From contig NC_134033.1 of the NCBI RefSeq assembly GCF_964204645.1, positions 3,492,131 to 3,556,130 of the forward strand: a DNA stretch of 64,000 nt. The letters are read 5' to 3'. Shown in pieces: positions 35,849 to 48,069 of the stretch. Below the pieces are notes generated by a model that was not told the origin of the DNA, did no database searches, and was given only the letters and a program-made list of their open reading frames with translations. The stretch comes from Tubulanus polymorphus (Eukaryota > Animalia > Nemertea). A program made the translations under genes and the position numbers. Position 1 is the first letter of the stretch; each line of letters starts with the position of its first letter.

Positions 35849-36203
35849 TCATGCAGGCTTCCTATTTCTAACTCAATGTAGCCCACGGACACTTTTATAG
35901 TGACAACTAATTTTCACTACAATCGACGTTTCAGATCATTTAACATTGTTAGTTGAAGGTTACTTTAAGATATATTCTCTCATAAAAGGTACCGGGCAAC
36001 AACATCAATCGAAAAATTTACCATTTATTCAAATTCATGCGTTCGATTATCAAAATTCAATCGCGTCACTCGAGAATTCATTGTGAAATTTGAAATCACG
36101 AAAAAAACGCATCGCTAAAAACGCATCGCAGTAAAAAGCTTGCGCCGCGTCATAGAGCTGCATAAGACGCGTTCACCTCCGGAGAAGACGTCCGGAAACT
36201 AAG

Positions 36204-39200
36204 ATGTTCGGTCTAAGCATCGTTCTGGCGTTTGCCTTCGTTTGGGTGGGACATTCTCTGCCAATAGGTAAGATTTCTTTTTTTCAAAATCTTTCTTTTT
36301 CCGATGGAAAATATTGTAAATTTTTTTCTTACAAAACGTACAATACGTTTCTCGGACCCGTTTATTGGGGAAACTTTTAATTCGATATCATTATTATCAT
36401 ATATTATTCAACTCCGCTATTATTGTAATCGAACTCCTAGAAAATACACTTGTTGACGTGTTCCCCCTACAAATATCGAGGGCTTAACTTAATTTCTAAT
36501 AGTTGAAATATTTGAACGACCAGAGATTCCCAGGTCTCCTACAGGTTCCGCTGTTCATAGAACTATCGCGGTTATAACGTAGGGATTTTATTCTGATCTC
36601 TATCAGAGCCCGCGGTTGCGCAGTTTTGAGTCAAGCCCATCAAGTAGGCTTAAATGTTCTTATGTATTATTATAACGTTAATTAAAAGTGCTACCATATT
36701 GACTACTCGAACCCTACTGTTATAGTAGTCAGTATTTGTGTTACAGCAGCGAAATTAGATTAACTTTTTCAGTGCAACTACACCGCGGTGCAGTGTATGA
36801 ATCGGTAATTGATTTTGCTAGTACACCGCACTGCGGTGTATTGCCGATTTAGTTTTTAGTTTTTATCTCTATACAAAGATGACAGCACCCGTCAAACATA
36901 GTGAAATATTAGTACCTAACGATACACCGCACCACGGTGTAGACGCACTATAGTGGTATTCCCGTTATTCAACACACTAGGGTGGAATTTTCCCAAATTT
37001 TCACATTTTCTCCAGCACTTAGGGTATTAACTAGTCAGCACGGAAAAAGTCAAGACTGGTCTTAATTAAGTTGTTTGATTTGTTATATAAGCTTAGACTG
37101 GTCTTGATATTTTGAATTGGCTATACAACCAAAATGAGCTTAGACTGGGCTGGTTTTAAATCGAAGCCATGACTGTGCAAGAGGCGGCTTACTGATGAAG
37201 CTCGTTGTTTAATAGATCACTTCTCATTCACAGATACGGCATGCGCATCAGGAGGCCGGCTGAATTGGAACATCATCCCTGGTTTTGCTCTTGCAGGCTT
37301 CAATGATAACTATATCGGCCGAATGAGTGAACTCGAATGTCTGAAATCGTGCGCTAATTTCGCTAAATTCCTGTGTCGTTCTGCCGACTACGACACGCGG
37401 CATCGAGAATGTTGGATCCAACCAGAAAGTCGGTTTACCTTCCCTGAGAAATACCGGAAATTCAACGGACTTACTATGATTGACTGGCAGTGCAAAACGA
37501 TCAACTCATTGTGTAAGTTAAGTGTGGGATTCGAACCTGATGACATCGATATGACTCAGCCACGACACAAACCCTGCCATGCTTGAACGGGTGCGCAGGT
37601 ACATGCGCAGGTTTGCCGCGAGAAAACTCGCGGCGCCTATCAGATTGCTCGTTGTATATTCGCTAAGGTCAATCTTAGGGAATAACTATAAATGGAAAAA
37701 CCCGACCCAAAAAAAAACAGAATTTCTGAGTGGCATAACAGGGAATTGTTAGATTCAATGCTTCTATGACTCGTAATATATCCAGTAGACTCTCTATACG
37801 TCATCTTTGATTAAGCCACACACGCCGTAGTATTATAGAGATATGAAATTCTTTTGTCCGGTTTAAAAATCTTGTTACGATTCTGACCGTGAGGTGTCTA
37901 ATTACGCGCACTCCCCGGGGATCGAACCCGGGTCTCGTACACGCAGAAAAGACCACTTCATCTATCTAGTCCGCTGCTTGGCCAGTGGTTAAACAGCTTG
38001 CCATTTATGCATAACTATCTCACGTCGTTTAATGGAATTTTTCACGTTTTATTACATAAAGAACTCTACACTTAATTATTCAGAAAAAATAAAAGGCTAA
38101 TCCGATCAGTAGGTACAACCACTTAGCGCGACAGAAATACACGCACTCGCGGTCGTTGAAGCATAGCAAATGTGGCTTTTTCTATACCAAGATATTTCAC
38201 AGGATTTCGCGATTATATCGGTTTATCGGGGGCTATTGTCACCAGTTCAAAGGCAAAATAAAAATGATCAGTTTTCAGAAAAACCCTGGCCCCGGTTTTA
38301 TCGACCGGTATTACCTTTAACCCGGGGGCTAACTAAATTGAAAATGAATTAAGTTAGCCCCCAGGTTTAAAGGTAATACCAGTCTATAAAACTGGCCCCT
38401 GTTGTTAACTAGGGCCGGGTGGATGGCGGTATATCGGGGTTTGGTTGTATTTTCTGAGATACTCCATTGAGACTTAGATTGGCTATAGAACTAAAATGGT
38501 CGACAGGAGGCGGATCCAGGAGGATTTGTGAGACGTTTAAAACACCATGAAATATTTTTGAGTGCCCATTTTCAATTTGTCAATAAGTTTTTGGAAGTGT
38601 CTTTTTGGATGTGACAAGTTAATAAGACTTAAATATTGGCCTCTAGGTGCACCCCACCGCTGAATTGCACAGTAGTGACCTGAATCCAAAAGTGGTCTTA
38701 AATCTTAAGACTGGTCCATATTGACTCTGGAACATAGGTCTTAGACCGGTCTTAGTTCCAAGCCATGTGCTACTGGCCCCCCTGTGTAAGACTGGCTCCA
38801 GCATGGGGCCGGTTGCATAGTCATGGCTTAGACTTAAGACCAGTCTAAGACCAACTTAGTTCTATAGCCAATCTAACAACTGAAGACCAATCTTAAGATT
38901 TAATACCACTTTTGAACTTAAGTCACGACTGTGCAACTTGCCCCTGGTTTAAGACTGGCCCCTGGGCCTTAAACAGCTTCGAAATTATCGAAATTCTTTC
39001 TTTCGTTTTCTATAGATTTCCAGGGGGTTCAAGGTCGGCAAATTCCGTCACCAGATGTCGCTGCAGTCGGGCCTATGACGTCAGGTAGTGAATTAGAATG
39101 CGCGTTGGCGTGTCTGGCCAATCAGAGATGCGATCTGATCGTCTTCAAACTGATATCATCATCGAAGGGGAACTGCCGTCTGTACAACAGCATCATGGTA

Positions 39201-39269
39201 CCGGATACAAAATGGCAGCCGGCAACAGACGAACTCGTCTTCAAGGACGAATCTAGAATCAACTTCTAA
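36204..39269 (+). CDS. Secreted protein with two PAN/Apple domains, copy 1
   Basis: Exons 36204-36267 (signal peptide MFGLSIVLAFAFVWVGHS), 37234-37512 and 39016-39269, with phase-1 introns. Two PAN cysteine patterns: SELECLKSC..CRSADY..ECWI and SELECALAC..CDLIVF..NCRLY. Confidence 0.8.
36764..37049. mobile_element. piggyBac-like MITE present only in unit A
   Basis: Follows TTAA. Unit B has the empty site GATTAAGACTGG at ~52176. Confidence 0.8.
37906..37980 (-). mobile_element. tRNA-derived SINE-like head (paralog at ~53034-53105)
   Basis: B-box/T-arm CCCGGGTTCGATCCCCGG on the minus strand; no complete cloverleaf. Confidence 0.45.
38804..38944. mobile_element. Small MITE with internal 47-bp-family repeat (paralog at ~53933-54072)
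   Basis: TIRs GGGGCCGGTTGCATAGTCATG / CACGACTGTGCAACTTGCCCC. Confidence 0.7.
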
Positions 39270-40152
39270 ATAAGCAGCTACTAGACCAGGGACATATACA
39301 AATTCATCTTTCTCTGCGGGGAAATGCTGACTCATCTTAAAAAATCATATTTCTTATCAATCAGGGAATTTGAACAGTGGCTCGGTCATTTTTCTGAAGC
39401 TCTGCTTTCTTTACAGGGTGAACTGTGTAATACATCACATATCTCTCAGTAAACATATCACAGAATAAGATGAAACTTTACCCTACACACATGCGTATGT
39501 TTATTATTATGATGGTATTGGTCGTATTTTTAATTATTACAATGCCAATATATTAACGGTTTATATGGAGAATACTGTGTCCCCTTAACGATTACAGATC
39601 TGTACACTTTCCGCCGTTTGTGGGCACGTCTTGAATGACCCCAAATAATAATGTGTATTTACAGATTTCTTGTTGAAATAATAAACATTGTTTTCGTTGC
39701 TGTACAATATTTCTTGTCGATGATATTTTCGACCGTCCGTTTCTTCGCTAGATTACTGGTTCAAATTACTCAACCTCATCTATGAAGACCGCCGGATCCC
39801 CCAGGCCAAATATTTCATACTTTGAATGAAAGGAGCGGTCGACGCGTTCGACCCAAGACTGAGTTCTTGCGAAGACGTCAAATGTAACCGAAAATAGGAA
39901 GTGTTGTAGGTGACGTCATAGTTGAAAGAAGCAAACGTACATGATATTTTCATTTACACTTTTTATAAGCGTAAAAATAAAAGTACGAACGAGCGGTTGA
40001 CTCTCTTTACTTAGCTTCAGAGCGAAATAACATCCTTTTGGGTAGACAGACTTTATGGCTCTGCTCAAACTCCAGTCACCCCATTTTATTTTATATTATA
40101 TTTTGTCATTATTTGTGTTGTACATATTGATGGTGACAAATAATCTACTATT

Positions 40153-40282
40153 CTATGCTATGCTATGCTGTGCTATGCTGAGCTGTGCTGTGCTGTGCTG
40201 TACTGTGCTGTGCCGTGCTATGCTATGCTGTGCTATGCTGTGCTGTGCTGTGCTGTGCTGTGCTATGCTATGGTATGCTATG
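40153..40282. repeat. (TGCTA/TGCTG)n pentanucleotide microsatellite (paralog 55273-55406)
   Basis: Direct inspection. Confidence 0.95.
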
Positions 40283-40943
40283 AATCTGTATTCTCCTTTC
40301 AACTTTCTAATCAGCCACTCAGTTCCTTCGTTTGATTTCTTGTATAAATATCCTGGTAATTCCATTATGTGCGCAGAACGCCTGATGAACAGTCTTTAGC
40401 CGAAAAGATGAATTCTCTATTTGGCTGAGGTGAGGATACTTAGAAGTGATGTTCGTTTTTTTTAGAATAAAACCCGGTGCGAGGTGCATCGTCTCTGAAC
40501 GTAGAAACTGTTGCATTGATAGACTACGAACAGCGCCCTCGAGCGACAAAATCATTGATATATTCCTTTTTGATCAAAATATTATTGTTCATAAACTTTT
40601 TTAATGTTGAACGATTAAATGATGAATTACTACATGAACATTACGCCAGTTACAAATTGGACAAGTTTTGTATCCCTAAAACTCTAAATCCTAGTTTCAA
40701 ATGGATGGTAGCTTCTCATTGCAGGTTTTTACGAATAAGTAATTCAGTAAACACGCTACCATTACCAGAGAGTTGTGAGTTAGATTTAACTAAAAGCTAA
40801 AATAATGTTGCTTATTATATTGTGGTAATTTTGCTCTATTGCATTGTATGTCATTGTATAAGTTCATCTAATCCGGTCATGTAACTGCAAACCAGATTTA
40901 GGGATAAGCAAACATTTTACCGGGACTCGTGTCAAACTATTGT

Positions 40944-43900
40944 TTATTTACTGGATGTCGTCAATCCTAGTAGTCGTTTATTGCGTTCACGAATAGATTT
41001 CATATCGATAGTTAGTATTGTATAAAGAAGCGGATTCAGAGACGAGTTGATCGGTAAAAATAGAACGGCCAGCCAAGCGGCCACCTGGTTCGGTATCTCG
41101 ACCGAAAATACGGCGCAAAACTGAACGATTATTATCGGTAGCCAGCAAAATAGATTACAAAGATTGATTACTAAACTCCTTCGAGCTAAAACCAGTTCGG
41201 TAGGATCGGCTCTACCCGAGCCCGACCTACTTCCAGATACGAGTCTATATATCCGAGCGTACGTCATCATTATCGAAGCCAAAATGGCCGCATTAGACAA
41301 GGCAAAAATAGTGAATGAATAGTGCCAGCCATTAACGTCGATCGTCAGTAAATTCATAGGCAAACAAACTCCGGTTGTACCGTAAAAATTGTCTCCGAAG
41401 TAAGACGACGATGGCAGCGGTAGAATAGAAACTGTGATTATAACGAGCCAACACGTGCAGCAAATAGCGATGACGTATTTAACAGTTATAATCGGACTTC
41501 TAGAAAACGGGTTGGCGATATTTGAATATCTCTGACGCGTTAGAATTAAGAGAAAAGTTAAAGAACCTTCGCACGAAACAGTAACAATAACCCCGGCGAG
41601 ACGACATAATGAGCTATCCGTCCAGATTTCAGAATACAGAAAATAAACGCCTTTGAACGCGTGGTCAGCTCCTGCGATCATAAACAAATAGACCGACATC
41701 AGAAAATCACAACCGGCAATATTTATGATGAGAATTATGGAGGGAGTGTTCCGTCTTCTAGAGGATTCCACCCGCAACGCTTGAATGCGAAGTGACAAAA
41801 CGATACTGTTAGCGAGAAAACTGAAAGTCGCAATCACCCAGATGATGGCCCTCAGTACAGTGTTACCCATCAGGTCAGAGCAGGTCGAAAATTGATCAGC
41901 TTCGGGAAGACATCGGTCAACATTCGGTGCCATGCAGCAAAATTTGTAAGCATCCGAAGCGAGGTATTTCAATGATGTTAGATCGTCAAGAACATTTCTT
42001 TGTACGGATATTACTTCGGAATTGTTGACGAGGTCTAGAATTTCAAGTCCAACCAATCCAGAAAAAGCATAGCTGGAAATATAATAGATCATGTTACTGC
42101 TGATATTTAACGACTGTAATGCGGATAAACCTTTAAATACATTTCCACCGAGAACCGATATAGAAAGTCCGTGAAGATCGAGAGCAGTGAGTGACGTCAG
42201 ACCTCGAAAACTACCGTCTTCTAAATGTTGCAGCGGATTTCCGATAAGAAATAGTTCTTTTAAATTGATCAAACCTGCGAATGAATTAGCAGATAATGAT
42301 GTTATGCGGTTGTGAGTCAGGTCTAATATGTAAAGATTGTTTAGATTAGAAAACGCGTTTTGAACGATGTTAGACAAATAATTGCCCGAAATATCGAGAA
42401 AACGAAGATAAATGAAAGAGTTGAACGTCAACTCGTTAAATACGACTCGGTTATTCGACAAAATCAAAACCCGAGTTGATTCTATAAAATGACCAGTAAT
42501 ATCTGATAAAAGAGCATTTTCACAATCGATGAAATGACCCCTGCAATTGCAACGTTCAGGACACGTGACCTTACAGAATGACTCGTCATCCGAGTTATGT
42601 TTACAATTTACGAAACCGTCGCAAACTTCAGATTGCGGAATACATCGATTTTCCTGGCCACATTTAAACATTCCCGGACACGACCAAGTCTCGCAGTTTC
42701 GTTCATCTTCTGAATTAGGACAATCGGATCGACCGTCACAAACGTGTCTGATCGGTATACAGTAAGATCCCGGACATTTTACAGTACCAGCCGCGCATTC
42801 GAAGTCATTACACGCGAGTATATGTTCAAGATTTCTACATACCGGGAAACCAATCGGCATCCTTTCTAAAATACACCTTTCGTGTCGGGAATAACAGCGA
42901 GGAGAATTGAACGAACATCTTTGTTCATCCGATTCCTTACACAGATCTGTGAAACGAGTCGTACAGTGATTGTCATTATTACAGTAAACCTCGGGATTCA
43001 CTGTCATATTAGTGACCAATTCATCTTCTTCGAGACTTCCGCTACAATCCACGACACCATCCCGATACAACTGAGAACTAATACATTCACCGTCCGCGCA
43101 CGAGAACCCCTGGCAAAGTTCGGCAGTGCATCCAATCTCATCGGAACCGTCTTTACAGTTGGCTAGTCCGTCACATCGTTCATAACTATCGATACATTGG
43201 TGATTGGAACAGCGATATTGCGTGGATAAACACGGTGGATGATAGCACGAGTTCTCATCCGAGCCATCGATGCAATCTCTCATAAAGTCACAGAAACCGC
43301 TAATCGATATAACCTGTCCATCGTTACAGCGGAACTGACTGTGTAAATTGATATCCGTACAATTAAGTTCATCTTCACCGTGTTGACAGTCGTGTCTGGT
43401 ATCACATACGCGATGGTCGCTGATACATCTTTGATCGTTACATTCAAACTGCCACGATTTACAACCGCTTCCAGAAGCTAACTCTTCACCAGTTACATTA
43501 TAGGTACACAACACGGAATGCACTTTATCTTTTGTATCATCGAAAGGTTTCAATAACCATTTAACTTTTGAGTATAAGTAATTTCATTTCTGGTCACTAG
43601 TGGTTTGATAATTTTAGATCCGTCGCGGTCCATGGTCAGTATAGCGCCATATTGATGTCGATATTGAAATACGCTGATAACCCTGTTCATATCGTTTTTT
43701 GTATTTAAGGAGATACTTACTATGTCGGCGCGAATGCTGTGACACATTTGTCTAGCACTCCGAATATTCAAACCTCGATTGTTTTTCCAGTCGGTTAGTA
43801 TTTGATAACATTGTCCAAAAATAGTTACCCAACCTCTTGGACAGGTTGAATTAATTAAAGTAACATCGGGAATCATTTGATCTATGGTTTTTTTTAAGTC

Positions 43901-46900
43901 TGTATTTGTTGAATTGTTCGCATCGTTTATCGTTGAATCATGTTTGATTTTGATGTCGATTCTCTCAGATTCACAAATGAATGTCGCATGCGTCTCGTCG
44001 ATTTGACACGGGAATCGAACCCAGTTCGCTGATCCTCGTGGATTATTCAGTATCATCGCCGTACACGGCATATTGACGTCATTTTTTGGCTGTTTTCCTA
44101 GCGGAGATATCAATCCTCGAATAACTTCTGGTATCGTTTCATTAATAACAGGTTTATACCACTCTGTGTAGCTCATTGGTTTACCGTCAGTCCACGTGTA
44201 ATAACCATCATTCTGTTTCGTGAAAAAATGAAATATATCATTTCTTTAAAAGCCTTTCTATTTCATATTTGTAGACATTAGTCTTACCTGCCATTTCAAT
44301 CCAATCATCATTATGAGCGCTTTTAATGAGTACGCCATTTGGAGAAGTTCTGTAGCGAATAATCTTTTGATGGAAATCATTTCCTGTTCTGAGTTGATAC
44401 TGAGTAGATGTCCCGCGTACTTCTGTCTACAGTATATTTCAGCGTTCTCCCAATTCAGACGTTCATCTCTGATGAATTTGATGCAGGAAATTCCGGAATT
44501 CAGAAATCCTTGTTCACAGTAGAAATCACCGAAATCTTTAATCGGTAACGACTCGTGTAAAGTGTATTGTATTTGAAAGGTGGGGACTTTATTGTTTACT
44601 TCAAAATAAAGATGGCTATTTATCAAGCTATATAATATAAGTCCACGAACCGCGTTATTATCACATATTTTTGTTTCATGTGGGGTTTTTGTATATTCTG
44701 ATATCCTTTGGATAAAAATTATTGCATCATCCACATTTATATTTCCTGTTTGGCATGAAACTGATCCAATAGATTTCACAATAAATCTGTAATATTGAAA
44801 TTTCTCTGGTATCGGGTTGAAAAATGTGTAGAGAATAGGTTTAGATGCAATACCTGCCCGACTTGGGTAGTTCGGTGACTGCACGAGTCCACATCTATCT
44901 TCGGTTGTAATTGATCGAAAGGTGCTGCTTACATCCTTAAAGTTTTCTGAATCTTTTGTGTCAGTTTCTTTCACTCCTAGACATTTACGACGTAGTTTAA
45001 CTATTAGTGGTTCCCACCAGAATTCAAACTCATCTGTGAAATCTACAGTGCTTAATACGAGACTGTTATTAAGAAACTGATTACTCAAACTCAGAAACTC
45101 ATCACATGACCATGACATCTTGAGAAAACATCGGTCAATATGATATTCGTGTTCTGATAATATGTGAATATTTTTCAAGCGAAGGCGTCGATTTTCAGGT
45201 GTAATCACGAGACAGTGTGACGTCATATTGATCTGACGTTCTTCTTCTTGTAGAACATAACCATCACAATCAGTAGTAGTAAATATGAGGTATGGCAAGT
45301 CAGGACGACCAACTGTTAACTGATTGTTATAGTAATAAGCGTATGCTACTACAGTAACCGGTCCACCTGATGTAATCAGACTGACGACAGATCGACCGTT
45401 ATAGTATCCCAAACCACCAGCAGGACAATACGGACCATAGCGTCTAGCTCTGAAATTACTACCATCAAATATATAAAAACCAGCTCGATCACAGTTTTCT
45501 GATAGCACTGTTAGTTCCAAATGTTCTGATTCATAGATGTTCACTTTCCAGTTTATTCGTACTGTACCTACACGATACAATGTATTCGATCTCGGGAACA
45601 ATAGATTGGCTGATATTGACGTCACGTCCAGGCCATCCTGAAATATAAGAGAATTGATTACAGCAAGTTTTACAATACGACAAATTCAAACTCCTTACAA
45701 CCTAAAATAGAAAAAGATACTCGATATTATCGATATTATCCGATATTAGTTCGAGATGTTGCAATCCAAACTTACGTAATTCAAATTCTAAACACCCATC
45801 ATAATTAGTCCGTGTAAACAACATGTGCTTTGGGTCACATTACGTTATTATTCCAAGTTTCTTAGTAAAGTATCACTGGTCAAAATCGCCATAGAAAATA
45901 TAGATTATTACAATGATTCTTTTACACGAATATACAAATCATTGTAATGAACTTACCAACATACTGATTTTGTTGACGTAGACGTCTGATATTGTCATTG
46001 ATTTCACTTCAAATTCTATTTTTAAATGCGATCTTAAAAAATCCCATGTCGTTAAAACGCACAGAATCACGAGAAATCCGTCTGATTTTACACTCAGGGA
46101 TTTAAGTTGGTTAAAACTGAGTAAAATATCAGTTCTCACAATACGTAACCCTTCCTGTTTATATACACCAGCGACACCTGGTGACGTGACGAGATCACGT
46201 GACCAGTTGAAGACGACGTACTGCAGAACATCGACTGTGATAGACCAGCAGTATAAGTGTTTAGACTGAGTTACTATATGTGGTATTCCATCAATTGTAG
46301 TGAGCAGTCCTGATTTACCATAGACTTGAATTAACGGGTTAGAGATGATCCAATCTGATATTTTGTAAACTTGCACGAGTAACTGCGACCTGAACGGATA
46401 TCTATTTCTGATAACAATACGTGCTTTATTAGTTTTAGTATAAAACGATGAAGGTGGATGTCCGGTTTGTTCTCGTATAAGAGCTATAGGTTCACTGGTG
46501 CTGTTCCATCCGTCGTAAATTTGAGGACGAGTTTTCATCGGATCCTCACCTGGTCTTAATCTGAAATCTATCTGTATAAACGTTAAATTCATTGCAAACC
46601 CGTCTGGCATCCCGATCCATTCTAACAACAATTTACATCGCCGGGTAGAAATCATGAATTCATAACCTGTTTGAGTTGGTAATTCTTTTACTGCAAGTTT
46701 GAAACATTTACGTACGATTTTCAAGCGACTCTGTTCTTCAAAACGATATATGATATAAACCCGACTACCTCGCGGTCCATCGACGTTACTCCTAAACAAC
46801 AACGAAATCAAATCGTTACTGCGGATATCTAATTGCTTTCTTCCGGTAGCGCAGAGTTTGTTGTCAGACTCACCGACGAGAAGATAGTTTTCGTTACAGA

Positions 46901-47180
46901 ATATCGACGGCTCGATGTCGTAGTAAACTTGAACGAGAAAATTTCCCGATGAAGAGCTGTTGACGAACCAACGACATTCAACACCGCGCACTAACGACGG
47001 ATAGTTCGGTGAAACGATGTAACCAGACGTAGAATCGACGGAGTATTGAGTGTTGTTACAAGATGAACTGACTTTAACAGACGCGGCTTCCTCGACAGAG
47101 TTTGCGCGATCAGCCCGCGTTAATATACAGTCTCCGCAAGCGATCAGTAAAACTACGAACAACGCTTTCATTCGCTGCAT
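40944..47180 (-). CDS. GRL101-like LDLa-LRR GPCR with extended CUB and C-type-lectin ectodomain, copy 1 (one frameshift)
   Basis: Exons 47180-45957, 45637-44288 and 44212-40944. Signal peptide, CUB (GYIVSPNYP..CRWFV), CTL (C..F...LNWENAEIYC..HLLSI..YTWTDG), ~7 LDLa, ~7 LRR, hinge YKFCC..DQFSTCSDL, and 7TM ending LPINSSLNPLLY. The frame changes at ~43553-43585 with no plausible intron, so it may be a pseudogene or a base error. Confidence 0.82.
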
Positions 47181-48069
47181 ATTGATAATTCACGCTCCAA
47201 AAAACAAACACATTCCTTCCTATCTCCAAGTTTGCGCGATATTTCTCAAAAGAGTGGCTGCAAAGTAATGACGAATTCGGAAAAGTTGACGAATGGATTA
47301 GAATCTAATTATTTTGTTAAGAAAAATCCGCCCATCAACCTCGCGCCAGAGTCGTTTTTGTGAAACTTTCATCTGTTCTCGGTTTCGCTGTAATTACCGC
47401 GGTTTCTAAATTTAGACGTGTTCAACATATCGTGTTTAAAATCGTGTGCAATTATTTCGCTAAAAATATATCTACTGCCGCTCCCGAACAGCGTTCAGTT
47501 TCTGATAATATCCGATAACGTTTTCACTATCTTTACTTCAAAAAATGCGAAATGCGTCCAATTTATTAAAGTTAACACTTTCTGGCGTAATGGTCACATT
47601 GCGACGCGTCGCAGCATCGAAGCATACAAAGCGTTCAGTTGATTTCAGTTTAAAACTTTGTGGTGCTGTGGTCACATTTTCCATTTTAATTCGAAATATT
47701 CTGCGGTATCGTAAACGAATTCGCACCTAAAACATTTCACTTTCGATTCGCTTTATGTTTACAGTAAGCTCTGAATTGAAAGTTTGCAAAACCGAATCCG
47801 AACACAGTCGATTTTATACCATCAGGCCCGGCCTGGTTCGATCACGCTAAGACCGAAATAAAATCGACTCATTCTGAGTGCCTAGTCAGGCCTGTAGTTA
47901 GGGGGTTCTAGTACATCGATGAAGGTCTATCCTGATGCCGGCATTGAAAAAAATTTTTGGACCGATTTTAAATGATTCACTCGTAGGCGAACCTTTCTGG
48001 CGAAAATTACTGGATTCGAGACCAAATCGCGGGAATGAAGCAACTTTTCTGCCATTCTCACCCCTATCT

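Larger units (their letters stand above)
34869..43363. repeat. Tandem segmental duplication 2, unit A (visible homology to 50136-58487; period ~15.27 kb)
   Basis: Both units start GCTACTGTGGCAATCGAGGATTCTACG and are collinear through the PAN gene and the GPCR 3' part, up to the transposon junction. Confidence 0.93.

Noticed and set aside
35920-35945. Minus-strand GAAACGTC as another hammerhead
   Set aside because: No upstream CTGANGA core or matching stem I.
37906-37980. tRNA gene (also the GGTTCGAATCC at ~4521)
   Set aside because: Only a T-arm/B-box is present, with no acceptor or anticodon stem. Treated as repeat-derived.
40055-40399. Cys-rich ORFs (also 55174-55523 and the antisense AQHS repeats)
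   Set aside because: They are translations of a (TGCTR)n microsatellite.
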